A stretch of 64,000 nucleotides of DNA from Nitrosopumilus sp. (GTDB taxonomy: Archaea > Thermoproteota > Nitrososphaeria > Nitrososphaerales > Nitrosopumilaceae), in assembly GCA_965249555.1 (NCBI GenBank), contig OZ252243.1:864001-928000 (forward strand). Reading direction: 5' to 3'. The notes below the pieces were generated by a model that made no database searches, was not told the DNA's origin, and saw only the letters and a program-made list of their open reading frames with translations. The position numbers and the translations under genes are program-made. Shown here piece by piece: positions 8,955-17,924 of the stretch (positions are counted from its first letter, which is position 1; every line of letters begins with the position of its first letter).

Positions 8955-10163
8955 TTATATGAGTTTCTCAGTTGATTTTAATTCTTTTGTTTGTAACCTA
9001 AACCATATTTCAACAGCTAAAATAGAAATTGCTTTGTTGAGATAACGAATATCACCATCATTTTCAATTTTTTCAAAAATCCGATTTATCCAATCAAAAT
9101 TGATTATTTTATTTGTATAAATATGACTTTTTTTATCTAAAAGAAAAGTTTCACAGATTTGTTTTCCATTGATTTGCCAATCAAGAATTAAATCTGGGGA
9201 AAATCCTTTTTTTTCATCTATATGTTTAATTTTTAATCGTTTAGTAATTTTTCGAAGAATCAATTTACCTTTATTTTGTTGAAGATCATATTTTTCATTA
9301 ATTGGAATATGTCTAGCAAATGAGATAATTTTACTATCAAGAAAAATTGGTACACCTTTGATTTTATAATGTTTATAAATTGAATGACTAGTTGGAATAA
9401 AATCAAACATAAGTTTCCCGTTAAAATCTGCTAACATTAATTGATTGATAGGTTCTAAACTATTTTGAAAATATTTTTTAAAAATTGTGTAAATATTTGA
9501 CCAGTTAAAGTTTATTTTCTTATTAAAAATATATTCTTGATCAGGAACCCAGTCTCTATTATGACACTCTAAATATTTTTTAGTTTTATTTAACCAGTTG
9601 TCGTTTGATGATAAATTTCCAAGGAATTTTTTATATCTAAAAGTATATCCTGAAAAAATCTCATCAGCCCCATCTCCAGTTATTAGAATGGAACTAAATT
9701 TTTTTGCTTCTTCTGCAATTAAATGATTATAAGTATTCCATCTAGGTTTTTTTGTAATAGAAATAATTTTAGACATATTTTCAAAAGTTGATTGCATATG
9801 AACAATTTTAAAATCTGCATTGAATTGTTCTGAAATTTGTTTTGCAATTTTAGATTCTTCATAGTTTTCACCAAATACACCACAAAGTGCAGTTATTTTT
9901 CTTCCAGGAAATATTTTACGTGTTAATGCCAAACAAAGTGTGGAATCAATGCCTGCACTAAGAGATATTGCAATTGGTTTATCATTATCAGGTATTTTAG
10001 TTCTTATTGATTGTTCTAATAGTTGTTCTGAAATTTTTCCATTATTATCAGAGTTTGTTGGAAGAAAATCTCTGTATGAAGCTAAATTCATTAAAGAATA
10101 ATTAGATGGATCATAACGTAAAGTAAGAAAATTTTGTAAGAAAATAGGATTAATTTTTTTCAT
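8955..10163 (-). CDS. Asparagine-synthase-like amide ligase, synthetase domain only
   Basis: SLSAGIDS PP-loop, TGDGADEIFSGY and KKGF; no N-terminal Cys/Ntn glutaminase domain. Confidence 0.88.
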   Translation of the reverse strand: MKKINPIFLQNFLTLRYDPSNYSLMNLASYRDFLPTNSDNNGKISEQLLEQSIRTKIPDNDKPIAISLSAGIDSTLCLALTRKIFPGRKITALCGVFGENYEESKIAKQISEQFNADFKIVHMQSTFENMSKIISITKKPRWNTYNHLIAEEAKKFSSILITGDGADEIFSGYTFRYKKFLGNLSSNDNWLNKTKKYLECHNRDWVPDQEYIFNKKINFNWSNIYTIFKKYFQNSLEPINQLMLADFNGKLMFDFIPTSHSIYKHYKIKGVPIFLDSKIISFARHIPINEKYDLQQNKGKLILRKITKRLKIKHIDEKKGFSPDLILDWQINGKQICETFLLDKKSHIYTNKIINFDWINRIFEKIENDGDIRYLNKAISILAVEIWFRLQTKELKSTEKLI

Positions 10164-10206
10164 TAGAAAAGAAATTTGTTATCAACTAATTATTTGTTGA
10201 TGTTAA

Positions 10207-11238
10207 TTAATTATTTTTTTCTACACAACAGGCAAATCCACTTTGTAGTTCTTTAAGAAATATTATTTTTAGATTTAAATCATTACACCAATCCCTTATT
10301 TCATTTTCTGTGTGTCGCCAACAATATTTTGGATGATACCAATCAAAATTACATGAATTAGAGTAATCATAACCCCAGGATTCATTCCAAAAACATTTAA
10401 ATATAAAATCATAAACAAAACGTTGTAAATCATATTCACCTTTTTTTAATCCCAATAAGTCAATATTTTCAGATAAATCAATTTTGAGGTTTTGTTCAGA
10501 TAAGGATTTACCAAAATTTGTAATTTGTTTGATTTTTTCCCATGCTTCATCATAGCTTAAATCACTTATTTGTGAACGAATATAGTCATCAGAAAATTCT
10601 CTAAGAGGTGATTTTTTTTTGTAAATATAAAAAATACACTTTCCCTTAGTTTTTAACTTTTTTATAGAATTTTGTAATGCTGTTTTTGTATCTGGTGTAT
10701 GATGAAAAACTCCATTACTTACAATAATATCAAAACTTTCATCTTTGTATGGAAGACAGTTTAAATCTGCTTGAGCTAAAATTGGACTAGGAGAAATACC
10801 TAAAAGTGTTTTTTTTGCAGCATGTATCGCTTTGGATATATCAATACCATGAAATTCTTGAGCTCTTGAAGCACATAATTTTGCAAAAGCACCATTACCT
10901 ACTCCTATATCAAGAATCAATTTATTATCAAATAACGTAAGATCTTTATCATTTAATCCCATCATTTCAAGATATATCGGTTTAATTTTTTCCTCATATT
11001 CTTTATTATTTTGTGCAAAATTTGTGTTAGTCCATTTGTCACCAAATGAATCTTGGACCTGCTTTTGAATAGGATCATCAACATTGTTAACAAAATTTGG
11101 TATGCCATCATGGATTTTATATTTAATATTTTTATTTTTTAGATAACCATCATTATATTCCAAAGATTCAAGATTAATAGGATCAACCCAATGAATTATT
11201 TGCTTATCAAATTGTTTATTGAAATTTATGTTATTCAT
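10207..11238 (-). CDS. Class I SAM methyltransferase with a Trm112-like N-terminus
   Basis: DP...DGIPNF, ILDIGVGNG, QADL, GVFHHTPD and NFDWY; paralog of 33696-34739. Confidence 0.88.
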   Translation of the reverse strand: MNNINFNKQFDKQIIHWVDPINLESLEYNDGYLKNKNIKYKIHDGIPNFVNNVDDPIQKQVQDSFGDKWTNTNFAQNNKEYEEKIKPIYLEMMGLNDKDLTLFDNKLILDIGVGNGAFAKLCASRAQEFHGIDISKAIHAAKKTLLGISPSPILAQADLNCLPYKDESFDIIVSNGVFHHTPDTKTALQNSIKKLKTKGKCIFYIYKKKSPLREFSDDYIRSQISDLSYDEAWEKIKQITNFGKSLSEQNLKIDLSENIDLLGLKKGEYDLQRFVYDFIFKCFWNESWGYDYSNSCNFDWYHPKYCWRHTENEIRDWCNDLNLKIIFLKELQSGFACCVEKNN

Positions 11239-11328
11239 TCAGAAATAATTAATAAAAACAATATCTAAAGTTTGTGTTTGAATTAATTGGTAATACATAA
11301 TTAAAAATTTAATTTTTTATTATTTAAT

Positions 11329-12486
11329 TCATGTTTTATGATAAAACATTTTTTGTTCTAAAGAAAAATCAAGAGAAAATTCTCCTAATCCTTTAGATAA
11401 TGAAGAATCATAATCTAGTCCACTTTTTCTATATTTAGCTAATTTTTCTACTGCTTTAAATCCTAAAACAGTTAATTCTATGACTGGATTTGGTCCAAGT
11501 AGTTCCAATGTCCAATTTAATTGGCTATTTATTTTAGGTTTGGATGGAATACAATTAATTCCAGATTTTAGAGATTGTTTATAATCTATAGAGCCAAAAT
11601 ATACCAATATCATAACCTTAGGAGAAATATTTTTTAATTCTGATGGCTTGATACCATTTTTCCCTCCAATTATTTCATTTTTTAAGGGTGCTGAATTTAT
11701 TATTATTAAGTCACAATTTTTTAAATATGGTTTAACATGTGAATCTTGAAGATCAGAACCAATAACTGTTGCTCCATATTGAGATAATTCTTTACTCATT
11801 GTTTTACTAATACAAAATAATGAAGCACCTGTTAATTTAATAGAGTCAAGCATGTAAAATACGGATTTATTTTCTGCCACTAGTATTACTTTTTTATTTT
11901 TTAGATCAATGTTATTTTGCTTAAGAAGCACAGTTATCATATCGCCATTGTATTTCATCAAGTTCATGATGTTATTATCTTCATTAACACCTAAAACACA
12001 TATTTTATTTTTCCAACATGAAGATAAATCTAAATCATCTTTTCTATATTCCCAAGGTTCCCACATTAATGATATTACACATGTAGGTTTCAAGGATTCA
12101 ATAAATTTTTTATTAATTGGTCTTACATGCCCACTATTAGTAACAATATCAATATTTTGTAAAATTTGTGATGTTAATTTTTTGTGAATTTGTATATTAT
12201 CTAAGTTAAGATAATTTAATAAATTATTAAAATTTGACATAATTTGATCAGCAGTTCCATATTTTGAGTTTTTTGTAATGCAGACTATTGATGCAGATTT
12301 AGAATATGCAGCTATAAGTGGGGCAAACATCCAATTTCCTGATGCTGCTTCTGTTAAAACTGTTAGATTCGATAAATCAAGATTTGTTTTTTTAATTGAT
12401 TTTTTAATAATTTTAATTATATTGTTAATACTCTCTATATCTTTTTGATCATTTTGATTAAAAAAATCTAAGTTTCCATTAGTCAT
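11329..12486 (-). CDS. Hypothetical Rossmann-like protein of glycan loci
   Basis: 385-aa ORF overlapping the stop of the WbmS-like gene; VLTEAASG, DIVTNSGHVRPI, LMWEPWEYRKDDLD and GVNE; function not recognised. Confidence 0.6.
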   Translation of the reverse strand: MTNGNLDFFNQNDQKDIESINNIIKIIKKSIKKTNLDLSNLTVLTEAASGNWMFAPLIAAYSKSASIVCITKNSKYGTADQIMSNFNNLLNYLNLDNIQIHKKLTSQILQNIDIVTNSGHVRPINKKFIESLKPTCVISLMWEPWEYRKDDLDLSSCWKNKICVLGVNEDNNIMNLMKYNGDMITVLLKQNNIDLKNKKVILVAENKSVFYMLDSIKLTGASLFCISKTMSKELSQYGATVIGSDLQDSHVKPYLKNCDLIIINSAPLKNEIIGGKNGIKPSELKNISPKVMILVYFGSIDYKQSLKSGINCIPSKPKINSQLNWTLELLGPNPVIELTVLGFKAVEKLAKYRKSGLDYDSSLSKGLGEFSLDFSLEQKMFYHKT

Positions 12487-13187
12487 TTTTGTGAATTCTT
12501 CATCCGATAAATTTTATTTATTTGATCCATTCTAAATGATTCTAGGTGATTTTTTTCTAGATGTTCTAATAATTGTATAAATAAAGTACGTGTACCGTTT
12601 GTAGATAATTTTCTATTTGAAAAAAGATATTCTTCATCATTGAAAAAAGGTCTAAGTTTTTCATAATGTTCATTACTAGAAGTATTCATAAAGATATGAA
12701 ATGGATGGAAAAGAAATATCTTAACACCTACATCAGATAGATCGAATTTATCAAGATTGAATTTAGTATTTTTATAGAAATAACCTATATCACTAGCATA
12801 TATGGGAATTTCTAATACATCTGTCCATTCAAAAAGGAAAGGTTGAATATTTTTTTCATATGGCATATAATAATTTGAATCATATTCAATTCCAAGTTTT
12901 TCATAGCTTTTCATCAGTGAACTATTATGAAAAAGTCTGTGACATCTACACCCTTTAGTCTCTTTTGAAGGTAAAATTTGAATTGATTCTTCAAGAATTT
13001 TTTCTTGATCTATGATTGAATTTAGATTTGGATGAATTGCCAATTCATGATTTTTTAATTTATTAAAGTTGATTTTGTTAGTAATAAAAAATGTAGATTT
13101 AACATTATATTCATTAAGTAAATTTAAAGTATCATCTATCATAGAATCCATAGCCCAATCAGTATCAAAAGATAATCCAAACATCAT
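12483..13187 (-). CDS. WbmS-like polysaccharide deacetylase (NodB/CE4-like fold)
   Basis: SFDTDWA, STFF, ELAIHPN, RCH, YDSN and FHPFHIF motifs. Confidence 0.82.
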   Translation of the reverse strand: MMFGLSFDTDWAMDSMIDDTLNLLNEYNVKSTFFITNKINFNKLKNHELAIHPNLNSIIDQEKILEESIQILPSKETKGCRCHRLFHNSSLMKSYEKLGIEYDSNYYMPYEKNIQPFLFEWTDVLEIPIYASDIGYFYKNTKFNLDKFDLSDVGVKIFLFHPFHIFMNTSSNEHYEKLRPFFNDEEYLFSNRKLSTNGTRTLFIQLLEHLEKNHLESFRMDQINKIYRMKNSQK

Positions 13188-13295
13188 TGCTTTGATTTTT
13201 TTGAGATATAAAAATGAAATTTGTCTACAAAAAAGGGTTCACATTAATTTTTTTAAAGAGAAGGTTTTTTGCAGATATTGATTTAATCAGTTATA

Positions 13296-14342
13296 ATGGA
13301 AAAAGGAGATACATTTGTCGTTATGGGTGGTACTCATCGTGCCGTTCTTACTCTTAATGAGATTCTCAAAATAGATGGAATCAATATCCCATTTGCAATT
13401 TTTCAAGAAGATTATTCATGGGATAAGCAATGGTTACCAGATTTAGAAAAAATAGCAAAGGAAAATTCTATTCCTTTTCATGTTTACAAATCAGGTGAGA
13501 AGCTAAGTTTAGAAACAATTAAAAAAGTTAATGAGATTACACCAAAAGCTATTATTGGTATAGGAATTTGGAGATCATTTCTTCCCTTAGAATTTTGGAG
13601 AAAATCTGAATACGGGTATATTGGTTTACATGGAACACTTTTACCAGAATATCGTGGATTTGCAGGAATTAATTGGTATGTCATAAATGGTGAAAAAGAA
13701 GCAGGCATGCAAATGCTTCAGCTTGATGAAAAAATTGATGGTGGAAAATTGGTTTCAAAAAAAGACGGTACACCGTTTAAGAAAAAAATTTCATTAAGAT
13801 TAGAAAGAACAATGAAAGAGATTATGAATGATGTGGAAAAAATACATGTAGAATTACTAATTGATTTAATTCAAAGTATAAAGGATAACAATATCATGTT
13901 TACAGAGCAAGATGAAAGTAAATCTACATGGACATGCCATAGGGGTCCTGATGATGGAGAGATAGATTGGAACAAAACTTCCCTTGAAATATATAATTTC
14001 ATTAGAGGTCAATCTGAACCCTTTCCAGGGGGATTTTCATTTTATGAAAATAAAAAATTTGTTATCACAAAAGCTTCAATTCCTCTTAAACCAAAGAAAT
14101 ATGTTGGTAGAATTATAGGAAAAGTAGTAGAAAGATCTTCTGACGGTACGGTAAACATTATTACAAGAGATGAGATTCTTAAGATTGAAGAAATTAAAGT
14201 TGATGGAATTGAAATAAAACCTACAAAATTTATTAAATCAGTGAAACAGACATTGGGGTATAACTCAAGAATGGAAATAAAAATATTGAAAGAGAAAATT
14301 TTTGAATTAGAAAATGTTATTAAAAAATTGGAAAAAATATAA
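13296..14342 (+). CDS. Formyltransferase (Fmt/ArnA fold), probably a sugar N-formyltransferase
   Basis: LHGTLLPEYRG, DEKIDGG, QDE, R.PDDGEIDW and IRGQSEPFPG; glycan-locus context. Confidence 0.88.
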   Translation: MEKGDTFVVMGGTHRAVLTLNEILKIDGINIPFAIFQEDYSWDKQWLPDLEKIAKENSIPFHVYKSGEKLSLETIKKVNEITPKAIIGIGIWRSFLPLEFWRKSEYGYIGLHGTLLPEYRGFAGINWYVINGEKEAGMQMLQLDEKIDGGKLVSKKDGTPFKKKISLRLERTMKEIMNDVEKIHVELLIDLIQSIKDNNIMFTEQDESKSTWTCHRGPDDGEIDWNKTSLEIYNFIRGQSEPFPGGFSFYENKKFVITKASIPLKPKKYVGRIIGKVVERSSDGTVNIITRDEILKIEEIKVDGIEIKPTKFIKSVKQTLGYNSRMEIKILKEKIFELENVIKKLEKI

Positions 14343-14343
14343 T

Positions 14344-15456
14344 TTAGTTTAATATTTTTTTAATTTTCTTACTGATTTCATATACATCTTCACCATTTAA
14401 AATAGATTCATAAATAATTACTAATTGTTTATGAATTGTGTCTGGTGATTGATATTTCTCTAGCCAATTTCTTCCACGCATAGAATATTTTTTTCGAATA
14501 TTAGGATCTTTAAGTAATTCTAATTGATCACAAATTTCATCTACTGTTTTAGCGTTTACAGCAGGTGGAGGTTCTGGATGCATGTTTAGATAACAGTCAG
14601 GTGAACATGAGGTAAGTAAAGGCTTAGCACAACAAAAAGTCTCCATACCAATTCCCCCTATTCCATTTAGAATAAATTGATCTGCTACAACATCTGCTAA
14701 ATTATAATAATTTAATAATTCGGAAGAATTTAGTCGCTCTAAAAAATAGACATTATTTTCAATTCCTAATGATTTTACCAACTCCTTACTTTTTTGAGAA
14801 TCACGGCCTATGTTGACGGTTATAAGTAATGCTTTAGGATTATTCTTCAAAAATTTATTAAATCCTCTAATGAGAATATCATTTCCTTTAACATCCCATA
14901 TGTGGCTAGGTGGATGAAAGAGTATAAAATCAGATGTAAATTTTGTAATTGTAGTTTTTTGAGATTTAAAAAAATCAAAAATATCAAAAAGTATTGGAAG
15001 AAATATTTTACGCTCTACTTTTAATTTTGATAATCGTTCAAAATCCCCAGGAATGGAGTATAGAACCAATTTTGATTTTCTATATGCTCTTCGCAATAGA
15101 ACACCACGTAAAGAATTAGTAAATGCCATTTCTCTTAAATCACTACCCATTATTTGAGAAATGAAGGGTCGTCTTGATGCATATGCAAAAATTGGAAATT
15201 CCACATGAGCATGAATAAGATCATATTTTTTGTCACGCATTATTTTTAGTAGTTCAAATTTCCATGATGATGAGTTTTTATCATAAAATTTTATCCAATT
15301 AGGATACTCTGTTAATTCTTTATTTCGTAAAAAAGGATCACTTGCAGGAGGAGGATTTTTTTCCATCACTAAATCTATTTGAAAATTATGTCTTCTAAAA
15401 TTACGTACATGGTAATATCCAACATTTGCAAGATTACCAGCATATAGAATTTTCAT
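14344..15456 (-). CDS. Glycosyltransferase family 4 (GT-B)
   Basis: HAH, GSDLR, KGND and ADVVADQF...GGIGMETF...KP motifs. Confidence 0.85.
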   Translation of the reverse strand: MKILYAGNLANVGYYHVRNFRRHNFQIDLVMEKNPPPASDPFLRNKELTEYPNWIKFYDKNSSSWKFELLKIMRDKKYDLIHAHVEFPIFAYASRRPFISQIMGSDLREMAFTNSLRGVLLRRAYRKSKLVLYSIPGDFERLSKLKVERKIFLPILFDIFDFFKSQKTTITKFTSDFILFHPPSHIWDVKGNDILIRGFNKFLKNNPKALLITVNIGRDSQKSKELVKSLGIENNVYFLERLNSSELLNYYNLADVVADQFILNGIGGIGMETFCCAKPLLTSCSPDCYLNMHPEPPPAVNAKTVDEICDQLELLKDPNIRKKYSMRGRNWLEKYQSPDTIHKQLVIIYESILNGEDVYEISKKIKKILN

Positions 15457-15518
15457 AGAATCGCCTCAAGAATCAACAAATCAAACATGCTCGCCATCTT
15501 TATCCAAAGGGTATTAAC

Positions 15519-15693
15519 AAAAGTTACTATATTTACTACTAAACAGGAATTGTAGGTCTTATGAAAGTTATCAGAAACAAAATATATGAAAAATTACGAG
15601 GGAAAATTTTTCTACAAATTAATTATAAAGTAGGTTATTGTTAATAAAAATACATAATGTTAAATCTAAATTAAATTATTTAATTTGTAAATG
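15519..15693 (+). repeat. Decayed copy of 20133-20310 (3' end of the 19077 gene plus the downstream intergenic/promoter region)
   Basis: Co-linear similarity, e.g. gtaggtcttatgaaagt vs gtgggtcttatgagagt, and near-identical aaaaatacataatgttaaatYtaaattaaattattt...tttgtaa immediately before the start codon. Confidence 0.8.
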
Positions 15694-16413
15694 CATAAAG
15701 AAGTTTTCGAAAAATTTAAAATTGTAGGATTAACCCATTTTTATGGAGATCATTTTGATTCTAGAATATATGCATCATACATATTGTCAAAAACTAAAAC
15801 CAATAATATTTTAGATGTTGGTTGTGGCGCAGGAATTCTTTTAAGTTGTGCACCTCCATGTTTTAAGGTTGGCATAGATATGAATTTTGATACTTTAAAA
15901 CAAGTAAAAAAATTAGACGAAAATATTGAAACAGTTTTTTGTGATGCTCAGTTTTTGCCTTTCAAAAATAATATTTTTGAAACAATAACTGCAATGCACT
16001 TATTTCCAGTAATAAATAATCTTAAAGGAGATTGGAAAAAAGCAATGGAAGAAGTTCATCGAGTTTCAAAGAAGAAGAACATGCTCATGATCACAGGAGC
16101 AAATAGAACAAGTCGTCATTTTAAGAAAACACATCCTATAGATCATAGAAAAAAATATTTGAATTATAAACAACAAATTGAGATTCTTGAAAAAAATTAT
16201 GAAATAATTGTAGAAGGATATGGTCCACATTCAAATTGGATTATGTATGCCTTAAAAACTATTTATAAAATTCCTGAGATAATATTAAAATTATTTAATA
16301 TTGAAAAATTTATTTTTTGGTTTTTAAAATCAAAAAATTATTTGAAAAATGGGAGATCATATATAATTATTTGTAAATTAAAGGAACCGTATCCAAATGA
16401 AAAAAATAATTGA
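15691..16413 (+). CDS. Class I SAM methyltransferase
   Basis: ILDVGCGAG, GID and CDAQFLPF motifs. Confidence 0.88.
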   Translation: MHKEVFEKFKIVGLTHFYGDHFDSRIYASYILSKTKTNNILDVGCGAGILLSCAPPCFKVGIDMNFDTLKQVKKLDENIETVFCDAQFLPFKNNIFETITAMHLFPVINNLKGDWKKAMEEVHRVSKKKNMLMITGANRTSRHFKKTHPIDHRKKYLNYKQQIEILEKNYEIIVEGYGPHSNWIMYALKTIYKIPEIILKLFNIEKFIFWFLKSKNYLKNGRSYIIICKLKEPYPNEKNN

Positions 16414-16453
16414 AAGTAAGACTGGGATTTGAAAAAAGCAATAATCGAGGTTG

Positions 16454-17870
16454 ATGAAAATTAGAAATTAAAGAAAAATCCATCGTAATAATAGGAGCAG
16501 GCATGTCAGGATTATCAATTGGTTTAGAATTTTCTAAACATGGTCAACAGGTAACTATACTAGAAAAAAATCCTTTTGTGGGAGGTATTGCAACAAGTAT
16601 ACAAAATAATGGATACATTATGGATATCGGTCCCCATTATGTAACCTTACCGAATGATTCTGAAATTACAAAAAATATAATCAATATTATTGGTACAGAA
16701 AATTTTGAAGAATTACCACATAATATTAGACATTTAAGAAAAGTGTTTTTTCATGGAAAAATGTGGAATGAATTTCCAACAATAAATCAATTCTTAACCA
16801 AACTAAATTCAAAAAAATTATTGCAATTAGTAATAGATTTGATCAAGATGAAGACAAAAAATTATTTGAAATTATATCATCAAAATACTACAAAAGAATA
16901 TCTTGTATCAAATTATGGAAATTATCTATACGAAAATTGGTTCAGACCATATTTTCATAACTTGTATTTTGACATAGAACCAGAAAAGAAGATGGTAGAA
17001 AAGAAATTTCCTCCTGTTACTATAAAAAAAATGTTCAATTCAGTTAGTTCAAAAAATTCATTAACAAAAATTAATGATGATAAGTCCAATTATTTTAATT
17101 GTTATTTTAAAGGAGGCATGATAACGCTGATCAATGGATTGAAAAATGAAATTGAAAAATATGGTGGAAAAATTGAAACAAATGTGGATATAAAATCCAT
17201 AGAACATCAAAATAATAAAAAAATAACATATGTAAAAAAGAATGAAAATTTTGAAATAGAATCAGATGTAATAATTTATGCACTTCCTTTAAATTTAGTT
17301 CAAAAATGGTTTGAAATCAAATCACAATTAAAAGAAAATGGTGAAAAAGATGCCTTAAATTCAATAATGGCTTTTCTTTTTGTTGATTCTCCTAGAGTGT
17401 TAGATAAATGGATAGTAGATATTTATGATACTGATGTTATTTTTTGGAGAGTTTCGCAGCAAAGTTTCTTAAGTAGTACAATTGCTCCAACTAACAAAAC
17501 TTTACTTAATATAGAAATTAGAGTTAAAGATGAATCATCAACTTGGATGTTAAATGATGAATTACTTGTTGATAAAATCAAATCAGATTTGAAAAAAATA
17601 GGAATTCTTAAAGAAGGAAAAATTGAAAATTATAAAATTCTTAGATTAAAAAATCTCTACCCATTAAATCAAGATAAAACTAATAACAATACTCTAAAAA
17701 ATTTGATTAATTCATTTGATAATGAATATGCGGTAGGAACTGAATTAGACACAGGTACACTAATTTCAGAAGTAGATGAAGCACGAACAAAAACATTCAG
17801 AATGGGAGGAGTTTTAATAGCAATGCAGAATGCAAAAACCTTGGTTGATAATATTATTCAAAAGTCATAA
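16454..17870 (+). CDS. FAD-dependent oxidoreductase (UDP-galactopyranose mutase/HemY-like family); 5' frameshift or non-canonical start
   Basis: IVIIGAGMSG begins upstream of the tracked ATG (16503); LEK...VGG, DIGPH and YFKGG motifs; the ATG at 16454 is out of frame by +1. Confidence 0.8.
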
Positions 17871-17924
17871 TATTCAACAATATTAATTCAAATTATTATG
17901 ATCAAACTCTTGAATAGAAAATGA

